DNA from: Mytilus californianus
Taxonomy: Eukaryota
Assembly (NCBI RefSeq): GCF_021869535.1
Contig: NW_026262581.1
Location: 97,588,001-97,652,000, forward strand
Reading direction: 5' to 3'
DNA length: 64,000 bases
A program made the translations under genes and the position numbers. The stretch's first letter is position 1, and every line of letters starts with the position of its first letter. The notes beneath the pieces are model-generated. The model had not been told where the DNA came from. It searched no databases and saw nothing but the letters and a program-made list of their open reading frames with translations. Positions 14,901-26,900 of the stretch are shown here, piece by piece.

Positions 14901-17900
14901 TCAGCACCTCATAAGAAACATTTATGCCATGTTTGGTTTCATTCCATTCAGTGCACTTCTAGAAGAAGCATTTGTATGTATTTCCAATAGGGTCTTATGT
15001 TAAAGGAAGTCCCCCCACTGGCGGCCACCATGGATAAAGGATCAGCTTCAAAGTAACAACACTTAGTCAGAACCTCATAAGGAACATTCATGCCATTTTT
15101 GGTTTCAATCCATTCATTGGTTCTCTAAAAGAAGACATTCGTATATATTTCCCATAGGGTCCTATGTTAAACTAAGTCCCCCACTGGCGGCCATCTTGGA
15201 TGATGGATCAGCTTCAAAGTAACAACACTTGGTCAGCACCTCAAAAGGAACATTCATGCCATGTTTGGTTTCATTCCATACAGTGGTTCTTTAAAAGAAG
15301 ACATTTGTATGTATTTCCCATAGGGTCCTATGTTAAACTAAGTCCCCCGCTGGCGGCCATCTTGGATGATGGATTAGCTTCAAAGTAACAACACTTGGTC
15401 AGCACCTCATAAAGAACATTCATGCCATGTTTGGTTTCATTCCATTCTGTGGTTCTCTAAAAGAAGACATTTGTATGTATTTCCCATAGGGTCCTATGTT
15501 AAACTAAGTCCCCCGCTGGCGGCCATCTTGGATAAAGGATCGGCTTCAAAGTAACAAAACTTGGTCAGCACCTCAAAAGAAACATTCATGCCATGTTTGG
15601 TTTCATTCCATACAGTGGTTCTTTAAAAGAAGACATTTGTATGTATTTCCCATAGGGTCCTATGTTAAACTAAGTCCCCCGCTGGCGGCCATCTTGGATG
15701 ATGGATCGGCTTCAAAGTAACAACACTTGGTCAGTACCTCATAAAGAACATTCATGCCATGTTTGGTTTCATTCCATTCTGTGGTTCTCTAAAAGAAGAC
15801 ATTTGTATGTATTTCCCATAGGGTCCTATGTTAAACTAAGTCCCCAGCTGGCGGCCATCTTGGATAAAGGATCGGCTTCATAGTAACAACACTTGGTCAA
15901 CACCTCATAAGAAACATTCATGCCATGTTTGGTTTCATTCCATTCAGTGGTTCTCTAAAAGAAGACATTTGTATGTATTTCCCATAGGGTCCTATGTTAA
16001 ATTAAGTCCCCTGCTGGCGGCCGTCTTGGATGATGTATCGGCTTCAAAGTAACAACACTTGGTCAGCACCTCATAAGGAACATTCATGCCATGTTTGGTT
16101 TCATTCCATTCAGTGGTTCTCTAGAAGAAGTTCAAAATGTAAAAAGTTAACGACGACGACGACGACGACGGACGACGACGGACGACGGACGCCAAGTGAT
16201 GAGAAAAGCTCACTTGGCCCTTTGGGCCAGGTGAGCTAACAATGAATAAAAAACTCATATATATTTATAGTATTACATGTTGTATAATAAAATCACTTTT
16301 ACAAATGACTTAATAAAATTCATATTAATAACATAACGCGTTATAAACAATATACATTGTTATGAACACAAATAACCCAATTTTAGGCCACCAGACTTTT
16401 TAAGACTCTCACAGACTTTGTTCAATATGACCGACCAAACGTATGGTCAGAGGTGAAATGAAAGAAAAAAAATTGAAGCGCATATAGTAAACATCAGTAC
16501 TGATTGTCCCCAAATAAAAATATTTCCCAAAAATTTTCTGTGTGAAAAATTATACTAATTTTCAAACGTTACATGTCAATATAGGCATATTTTTCAGAGA
16601 TAAGTGACCGTGCATTGGACTATCGGGCAGTCAGATTATAGGTCTATCGGACTATAGGATTGTCAGATTATAAGACTGTCGGACTACACGACTGTCAGAT
16701 TATGGGACTGTCGGATTATAGGTCTGACCCTTGCTTAACCACCTGTTGAAAAAAAATGTTACCTGATCTTTAACCTTAAGTGCTACTGAGCTCCACTATT
16801 TTCCTCAAAGCCAAAATATGCAGAACTGTACAGTAAAAACTTCAATCATCCTTTGACCTTACCTGTTGTTGAGTAAGCTCTATCCCTTTCTCAATAGCCA
16901 CTGTATAAATTTACCTGTCATTTGAACTTGCATGTTGTTGGGTTAGCTCCACCCCTTCCTCTATAGCCACTGTATAAACTTCACCTGTCCTTTGACCTTA
17001 CTTGTTGTTGAGTTAGCTCCACCCCTTTCTCCATGGTCACTGAATAAACTTCACCTGTCCTTTGACCTTACCTAATGCAGAGTTAGCTCCTCCCCTTCCT
17101 CCATGGCCACTGTATACACATCACCTGTCCTTTGACCTTACCTGATGCGGAATTAGCTCCACCCCTTCCACCATAGCCTCCTCCAGCAGAACTCCTTCCT
17201 GCTCCTTTACCAGCCGTGTAACCATAACCAGAGGCAGAGAATGTTCCAGCACTATGAATATTCAATATATCTGTCAGTAGGTCCAGATTTCCAACATTAA
17301 ACTGGCCATTTCCTTGTACAGTCACAATACCTGTGTGTCCACTTTTTTGTACCTGCATTTAATCAATGAATGTATTTATTACAGTTGATATATTCATAAA
17401 ACTTTTCAAATACTGTTAATTCAGAAATTATTGTGTGCATTTATTATTGCATTTTTTGAAGAATGGACAAAATTGTGAGATGAATTATTGCGATATCAGG
17501 AATATCTGTATACAGATATATGTATCAGATATCAGAATGCAATTTCTTATTATTGAGATAATGACCCAGTCACATTAATCACAATAATAAAAACTTATCA
17601 ATAATTTATGAATTAACAGTAACAAAATGATCTGTTGCAGTTAAACAACTTGTCACTAAACAGCTGTACCATAATTCTAGAACAACAAATATGAAACTTA
17701 CAATGTGAAAGCCAGTTTTATCCTGATGTAACAAGCAAACATGAATTTTCAGGAGACTTGCTAAAAAAGTTTAATTTACAATCATTATAAGAGTGACTGA
17801 AAATTGTCAAATTCAAAATGGATTCAGTATTCATACAAACAAACACTTTCCAAAATAAACATAACGATATGTTGTTTGTCCTGTCAAATTTAAGTCAAAA

Positions 17901-20900
17901 ACTGAAGAGTATAAATTTCATGTAATAAATGATTTTTTTTTTCTGATTCATTGTTTAAGACCTCCCAGAAACTCTTATCATAATCAGTAGTACTAAAAAT
18001 TGTTTAGGTGAAGAAATGGCCAAGGGCAAATACATGCTTTTCATGGTCGACCCAATACCCTTCATATCTTTACTTTATTAAGCTAATTATAAAATTTTCA
18101 ATGTAAGTACCTGTAAGTGATAAACATCAGTCTCATCTCCAAACACACTGGTCAGTTCTAATTTGCCTCCATTCTGTACAGTAAAGTTTGAGAACGTTAA
18201 ATTTCTATTGGACGATTCTTCAAACTCTAGTGTAGCTCCTGTAAATAATGTTTAAATAATGAATCAAAATTACAATTTAATTCAATTTTTTTAATTCAAA
18301 ATTCTTACATGTTTATTTTGTACCATTGCCAAGATATCATATAACAGTTCACAACTTAAACATATTTCATAAAATGAGGGAATAATTTTAATTAGAGTGG
18401 TGTGTTTAATATCATTTTAGAAAGAAGACAAATCTAAATCTTTATTATCAAGAGTTAATAAAACCATGGAAGTATTATATTGACAGGAACTACTAGGACC
18501 CAACTTCAAAAGCTTCATCTGCTATGCCACGAGCAATTTAATGATAGGTTAATTAACTTGAAACATGGCACGTTATTTACACACCAGCGTGTGGCGCCCT
18601 ACAATATTGTCATTCTCGGTTGCTTTAACAATTACGGAAATAAACGAAGAAATTGAAAGTTGTGATAAATTCTAAGGAAACAGCAATCAGAAAACCTCTG
18701 CAGATTCCGTTACCCTATATCTGCCTATGTATGCCGCTTGATAGAGTGATGGATTTGTGCGAGACATCATTAATTCTAAAAAAAACACATTGACAATGGA
18801 AATTTGTACCATATTAATTGAATAAATACACCAGGTTTATTGATTTATGTATATTTATCTCAAGTTGTGATAATTACTGTTTGTTTGACTCCAGTGGCAT
18901 ACATTTCATGCATATTTAAGAGGATTGAAAATGATTGTTCTGATTAAAATAAAAAATCAAAGAGATTTTATTTTGATGTAAGAATTATAAGGCTTCGCTC
19001 TAAATCCAGGGTAAGATCATTGGTTGGTATACAAATGTTTCCGCTGAGCCCCGATTTGTTGATTTTTTTAAATACTGTAACTGTAAAGTAATATTTACTA
19101 GTATCATTTGGACAGAAAGTGATAAAATATTTTATGAGACAGAGATAGTTTAGCCATTCCATAACATTTTATATGTCTTTATTTTTTTTCTCAAATTGAT
19201 AAATAAGGGTCAAATCAAGTCATGATTGGCACATTCATAAATGTACAAATTGAAATACTAACATCGGCTGTATATTATCGGACATAATTCATTCAAATAC
19301 GAATATTTTAGCAGTTTTGAATTTCACAAATGCCAAAAAATTAAAACGCACATACAATGTATATATAAATAACGAGGTGGGTCTTTTTTTATTACTATAT
19401 TTGTTATTTCTGTGTTATTTAGTTTTCGCATTTAAAACTGAAAATTTCTGCTTTCCAGGCTAATCCAGGCCCTTTACTACATATATAAATTGATTCGTCA
19501 CTGTGTATATTTACATCAGGAAAATTTTTTGTGACTCGGCAGTAACCGGAACACACCCTTATGACAGTTTTAACTTAACCCATGAACAAATAAAATAATG
19601 TCACTTACTATTTTTAAACATTGTAGTATAATTAATTCATGGCAGACATCATTCCATTTGTTTAAATAATTTGTTTATGAATACAGGTCAACCTACCTGA
19701 TTGAAATAAGCAAAGGTGTTTTTTTCGACAGGTATTGATGCTAACCTCTCTCGATAAAAACCAAGTGATTGATAAGAAGTATCTCTGGTCAATTTATGAC
19801 CGCGGCATCGCAGATAGTCACAAAAGGAAATTAACGATAGAATACTAATTAGACAGTTTCCATATCTTTTCTACATGGATCCCCGGGTTATAAGTAAGTG
19901 CTAATTAATCGTTGTAGTTCCTGTCAATATAATACTTCCATGATGAAACAAATAAAGGGTCAAATTTAACTATAAAATAACTACGTTATGTTTTATGAAT
20001 TTTGTTAGAAAAGCAGTAGGTCCAGTAAGGGACGATTTTGGCCTCAAAATTCAGGTTCATCTGATGAAAGATTTTGGACACTTTTTAAACACTTAAGTGT
20101 CTACTTCAGTCGATTCAATTAGTTTATGTGAAAGATTTGAACTGATTTAGTCATTAAAGACGCTCAAATTCAAGCTAAAATATTTAAAATCTATCAAATA
20201 TGCCATAATATGTAACTTTTCAGATGGTTTTTGTCAAAAATGAAAGTGGAAGCATCTGTGTTCATTCTCAACCTTTATATATGTTATGTATTATCATCAA
20301 ATACAACTTACATTTAAATATTAAGAATGAACACAAATGCGGCCACTTCCATTTCAGACAGAAACCGTCTAAAAATTCACCATAATGCTAAAATTTCGAA
20401 GATTTCAGTAATTTAGCATGACTTAATGATGCTAGTACCCGATACATGTGCATTGTATTGTCAAAAACAGCCCATATTTATGTAACAGAAGTATTCTTCT
20501 TTCCAATAAATAGCTAAAAATTTACATTTTAACAATTGTGTAAAACTGCTATATTTTGGGGCTAAAAGGGGTCTTACTGGGCCTACTCCTTTGTTCATAT
20601 GTCTATCTTTTTTTAATATAATTTTTAACTTGACATTATTCAATTAATGAAAACAATTTTTTTTAAACCCTTAGACTTTCTTTTTTTCAAAATATAGCAT
20701 ATTTTGATCATTATATGAATATCAGCACAATTTACCTGTGGACACAAGAAGATGAGCTAAATCTCCAACAACTGTACCCCAGATTTTAACAGTATTACTG
20801 TTTAAGTAACTAGATGCACAAGCATATGAACTCATGCCTTTGCCTTGTTCATCCAAAGACTGTCTGAATTCCACAGTAGCTTCAGGAAGGATCCATGTTG

Positions 20901-23900
20901 AATCTTTGTATATAAATGGATGGTAGGTCACATTTGCTCTGCGGTATCTTGTGGACTACATTTAAAAAAGTCATTATTAGTTCTTATATGGTTCTATCCT
21001 TGCTAAATTCAAATAAAAGAAATATATTCTCCCAAAATTGAGTTGCTGGACCAATATTTTTTAAAATTAATACACTAAATGATATAAAGTCTCAAAGAGG
21101 TGAACTTATAAATTAAAATATTATATCTTCTAATATATCTTTTATGTATAACATTTGTAATTGATCACTTACTCCTTTTAAAGATTCAGGCATATTCCAT
21201 ATTGCCAAGAATTATCCAGTATTACCCAGGAAAAACAATTAAAACCTGGGTTTTCTCAGCATTTCCTTTTAGGCTAGGCAATACCAAAAAAACAAGTTTT
21301 GGCGGGTTTGGATAGATTTTTTTAAAAGTTATTTATTCAACCCCAGTTTATGCCAACCCTGCCTACCCTGCTATCATTGATACATTGTAAACATGACTGT
21401 GTATCTCAAAATATTTGGTCAACCATGTACATCTTACTGGATATCATATTTTCTTTTCAATTTGCAAACATTCAGATTTCCATGCCATATAAATTCATGT
21501 TTATGGTAATATATATTAAGTGAATTTTTGAAGCTCAAAACCTGGCATGTATTTTTACAACAAGTAATATTTTTTCCTAATACTTAAATGGTTAATCACT
21601 AATGAAGGATGATTCCTTACACAAAGATCTAACAGCAATATCTTTGACAGTAAATTCACAACTACTTAAATATCTATTGGCCTTTTATCATTTTACAATT
21701 CAAACTGTGGTTTTCACCCTTATATTCTCCTCAAAATGTATTTCCTCTAACCTCAATTAGTTCCAGTGTATGATGAGGAGGAATATGTAAATGTCCTGTA
21801 TCATCACCAACAACTTTGACAGATTTTATGTGGATATTGGTTCCATCCACAGTTAAGTGGGCTCCACCGTAGATTTCCACCATGGTAAAATCATAGACAA
21901 AACCATCACTGGTAGGTAAAAGAAAAGCTACAGCTCCTGTAAAACAATACAACACATGTTAGAACAAGATTATTCAAAGAATTTCATGTTGAACTGAAAA
22001 CTGCAGAATGAACCTTGACCGCAAAGAAATTTCTTTTTAAATTAACCATTTTTAATGTGAAGAAAAGAAAAATCATTTCATAAATAAGAATATTTTCTAC
22101 ATCTATGAGTTATCTGAACATACTTGTCTTCACTACAAAATTACAAAGAAAAACATCATTACAATGATTAATTGATTGATTGATTGGTGTTTAAAGCCAC
22201 TTTCAACACTATTGTGCTATTTTGTGGTGGTTAGTTTTTATTGGTGCAGGAAGCCGTAGTGCCCGGAGAGAACCACTACCTTCAGTAGGAAAACTGACAA
22301 TCCTTGTAAATTAAGATTGGAGTCAAGCGCACCTGCCATGTGCAGTATCATTTCAATGTACAGAACATGTAAAAGTATTGGGTCAACATTAATTTTCCCT
22401 ATACAGAATTTCAAACACAGGATTGATAAAAAATCTAACATTATACATATATTATCTAGACTTAAGGTTGAGATTGGCAAGTATTCAAAAATGTTAATGA
22501 CTTAACAAGCAATAGTAATACAGTATTTACCAGTTGATTTGTAAGTGTTGAAATGGCTTATATCGGCTGTAGTTCCTGAAGGTTCTGTCACCTACAAATA
22601 ATTCAAATAGTGAAAGTTTGATTTACCTTCTGCCAGATATCATATGAGCAAAACATATTACATTTTGACAATATCAACAATATCATGAATGTTGTAATAT
22701 AAAAATAAGGAGATGTGGTATGATTGCCAATGAGACAACTCACCACCAGAGTTCAAATGACGAAGATAAAAGCAACTAGATATCATTGAGATGGGAGCCA
22801 TCTCTGTGGGCCCCGCTGTGAATAATGTGTGGTAAAAAATTTGTATCTTTATCATTGGACACGGGGTTGTCAAATGAAACCAAAGTTTTTGACCTTGACC
22901 TTTGACCTAGGAAGTTGTACATAAATTATGACACACCCTCTGGTGTTGGTTTATATACATATTAAGTATAAACTTTGAAATCATAACGGTTCTCAAGATA
23001 TAGAGCGGACACGATCTTTACCATAGGACATGGAGTTGTCAACTAAAACCAAAGTTTTTGACCTTGACCTTTGACCTAGGAAGTTGTACATACATTATGA
23101 CACACCCTCTGGTGTTGGTTAATATACATGTCAATTATAAACTTTGAAATCATAACAGTTCTCAAGATATAGAGCAGACACGATCTTTACCATAGGACAT
23201 GGGGTTGTCAACTAAAACCAAAGTTTTTGACCTTGACCTTTGACCTAGGAAATTGAACATACATTATGACACACCCTCTGGTGTTGGTTAATATACATGT
23301 CATATATAAACTTTGAAATCATAACGGTTCTCTAGATATAGAGCGGACACGATTTGTTACGGACGGACGGACGGACGGACGGACAGACGGACGGACGGAC
23401 GGACAGACTGATCACTATAGGGCGGCCGCCATTCAGCGGGGCCCTAATTATAGGTCACCATACGGCCTTCAACAATGAGAAAAACCCATACCCTATAGTC
23501 AGCTATAAAAGGCCCTGATATGAAAAATGTGAAAATTCAAACGAGAAAACTAACAGCCTGTTCTTCTGATTATCATATTTTTTAAAGAATGCTCCAACTG
23601 TTTGATTGTGTTCGAATTTTATTTTGTCAAGTAATAAAATATAAATGCAGTAATGATATTGTCCTTTTATTGATCTCCATGTGCTGTTCAGTTGATGTCT
23701 GGTTCTTACCAAGTCATTGTACTAAACATTGTTTATCTTATATTGTATAATATAAAAATTACTATTTCCCTAATGTTTATATATCATTATATGTCTCAGT
23801 TCTAAGGATAATGTAATTTGAGAATGCATAAATGTATGTGAAGCCAAAACTGTATATATAATTACCATAGGTTTTTGGCATTTGTTGTCAACACGGAGAT

Positions 23901-26900
23901 TTCTGCTCGTCTTTCCATGGAAATACATAATTCCAGGACCTCCAGGTTCATATCCAGAACCACCTGTTAAAAATACAAATTTTAAATTATATGGTTTCAC
24001 CTCAGATGAGGTCATTATTATTTCTAAAAAGTCAAAGGGCATTGTTCAAATAGGTGCAAAGAACATAAAAAAAAACTGTGGGAAAATGCTATAATTCTAT
24101 ATGTTAAAAAAATTTTGAATCATAATCATTGCATCAAATACACAACCATATAACAATGAAAACATCAATATATTTAATGCTTATCCAACATACTACAACT
24201 GGATTTTCATTACCTTATGATCATCTTCACATTTAGCTTTTGGGTATATTGTGTTTATTTGATGGAATGATACTTTTTGACTAATTCATACAATTCTGTC
24301 ATGTTTCCTGTTATTCCTGGAGATACAGAGACTGTAACAGGCTAAGGCAAGTAATTTACAGTCTTCATCGCATTCTAATAAAACCCAACCCATGCATATT
24401 ATCATATCTAGTAAAGACTACAGCTAAACTTGAAATCCACATTTTATCACTGACAAACTGAACGGATATGAACTCTGTAAGGTGTAAATTCCAACAGGAA
24501 ATGTACATAAACAGTCCACTACACTGCTGCAGCATCCTAAGTATATATCATAGTCAGAAAAATATATTTATCCACTATATACAATTCTGTGGCAGTGTTA
24601 CTAACCTTTAGAAATGACATGTCCACTTTCAAATGTTCCGTGATTAAAGAAGAAGTTAATACGGCCACCTGATCCACCTCCACCATTTCCTAAGCCACTT
24701 CCACCATTACAGTATATATAACCAGACATGGATAGGGTGGCACACTGAACATATAGAGAGCCACCAGACCCACCTCCTGCATTTGTAACCTGTAATTACA
24801 CATCAAGATGAATTCGTTTTAAAATGATTCAAAATACTGTCTTGCAATAAAAACACAACTTCAAACTTGCTATTTTTTAGTTGTTTTTTTTATTTATATG
24901 TACCAGCAGTTTTGCTTTAACTCATGAAAGTTCTTTTCCCATCTTTTAAGTGAATAATTCAGGGGTTGCTTTTAAACATTCCCAAAATAATTAAACAATA
25001 ATAATCACCATTTTCAAAATGCTTTAATAGCTTTGTAACATGTATTGTTTGAACCCTGAATTATCTAACATTTAAATCAAACATGTGACTTATTTATGTT
25101 GATTAAAATATCACGGAATTTCCAAAATAAATATCAGTCAGGGCTGTCCCAGAAATAAAGTTGTAAGGAGGTCAGAGTTCATTATTTTCTTTTTATTCTG
25201 CCAAGCATAACATTTAAATTCAGTCTTTCATATTACACCTACAACTGCATCATCCCCATTGGTTCTCATGGTTCCTGTTAGTGTAAACTGTGTGGTAACC
25301 TCTGCATGAAACTTTCCACCACCACGCCCACCTAGGGTACTGCCAGCCCTACCTCCACCACTGCCCCAGGTTCCTACTGTGAAGATACTACCATAGGGCA
25401 TTGCAGCATTGGCAACACTTCCTCTACCTCCTCTGGCTCCATAACTGCCTCCACTTGCTCCAGAGGAGTAGCCTGATCCACCTCCTTATAATATACATGT
25501 ATTGCTGGTAAGTATTTCATGATGTTATAGTCATGAAACTAAACCCACACTAAGCCTATGTATCAAAAATCTGATCAAAGTAATTTTGTTAAGTCTGAAT
25601 TTTTCTTGTGTCTAGTCTTAAAATGTAAAATTTACAGGTTGTTAGTATTAAACATGAATATATGGCAAATTGTTGATTTTTAGAAGTTATATTGTTTGCT
25701 TCTCATAATCTTAAGATTTTTGTATTGTATAGAATAGAATCAAATAGAAAAATTAAACATATACATTCAAACATAAGCTGGAAAGTGCAGATTTAAAAAG
25801 GATTTCTGAGTTGATTGAAGTTTGCTGTCAATTTCATCGTATTATTGTGAGAGTGTTGCCAAGTTGAAATAAGCGGTGTAATATCTTATAATGCTAAAGA
25901 CAAAAATCCTGACTAACGCATGTGCTCTCTCAATTCATTTTTTTAAACATAAACCAAAATTTAAGATGAAATATACTACCCTGTATTCCTTCCCATTGTA
26001 CTCACCTGTTCCCTTACTATTTAGATAACCACCTCCCGATACATCTAAAGTCCCTGACACAGTCATTTTGTTTGTTTCAATATACAGTGATCCTGCCTGT
26101 AATGTACCACTGATTACAATGTTGTCTGTAACAAGCATGTAAGAAGCTGTATTTCCTAAATTGGTATTATTTGGCATTCTTCTGAAATCTATATCCAGCA
26201 TTCCAGCAACACTGACTGTAAGACTTTCTAAAATGATTGGTGTTGTGATATTGACCTTTCCAGTATTTATTACACTAAATGATCGTATTTCCACTTTTGA
26301 TTTGGGCTGAGCAGTCATAGTACCACTTATTTTTACTGTATCTATGTCAAAGTGTGTATCAGCAGCCTCCAACAAACTTCCTGTGTCCATTACTAAATTT
26401 TCTGCATATATAGATGAGTTTGATGCAAATGGACCAATAGGATGTGAGGAATCAGAATCCAAAGTCATGTGACCTTCCAAACCAATAAAAATAGCTAATC
26501 GTTTGCTTGATGATGACGGTGCTCTCATGGCAACTGGTTTATATGATGTAAAAGTTCCATTGATATCTGCAGTCTCAATCAAAAAAGGAAATTCTGTTTC
26601 AAACTCAAAGATGGATGAACTATTATGAATATACATGTAATTCCATCCCTCGTCAGTTTCATTAATGTATCTGTTTAATATTTTTCCAGCTTTAAGATGA
26701 CCATTAACATACACATAATGGAATGGCATCTCAGATACTCCACTCCATGATTTGGTAGCCTGGGCATTGTTGTCTAGTACCAATGTTCCACTTTCACCAA
26801 TTGTCAAAGTCTCAACCTTGGCAAGTCTCTGACCTCTGAAAATAACTGGTGTATAAGACTTCATCATTCCATTAACCTCAATTTCATGTACTAAAAATTC

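Larger units (their letters stand above)
12891..16730. mobile_element. About 3.8-kb TIR element with subterminal ATAATCCGACAGTC repeats, hosting a SINE and a tandem-array element
   Basis: Repeat clusters at 12900-13020 are inverted relative to 16610-16730. Right end ...ATTATAGGTCTGACCC; left end degraded. Confidence 0.6.

Noticed and set aside
15200-16239. Three similar ORFs (MMDQLQSNNTWS...) suggesting a peptide gene cluster
   Set aside because: They are translations of the 166-bp tandem unit of a non-autonomous element; 166 is not a multiple of 3 and there is no gene structure.
11548-17175. Regular arrays (70, 116, 166 bp) as possible CRISPR
   Set aside because: The units are head-to-tail with no unique spacers, the context is eukaryotic and there are no cas genes.
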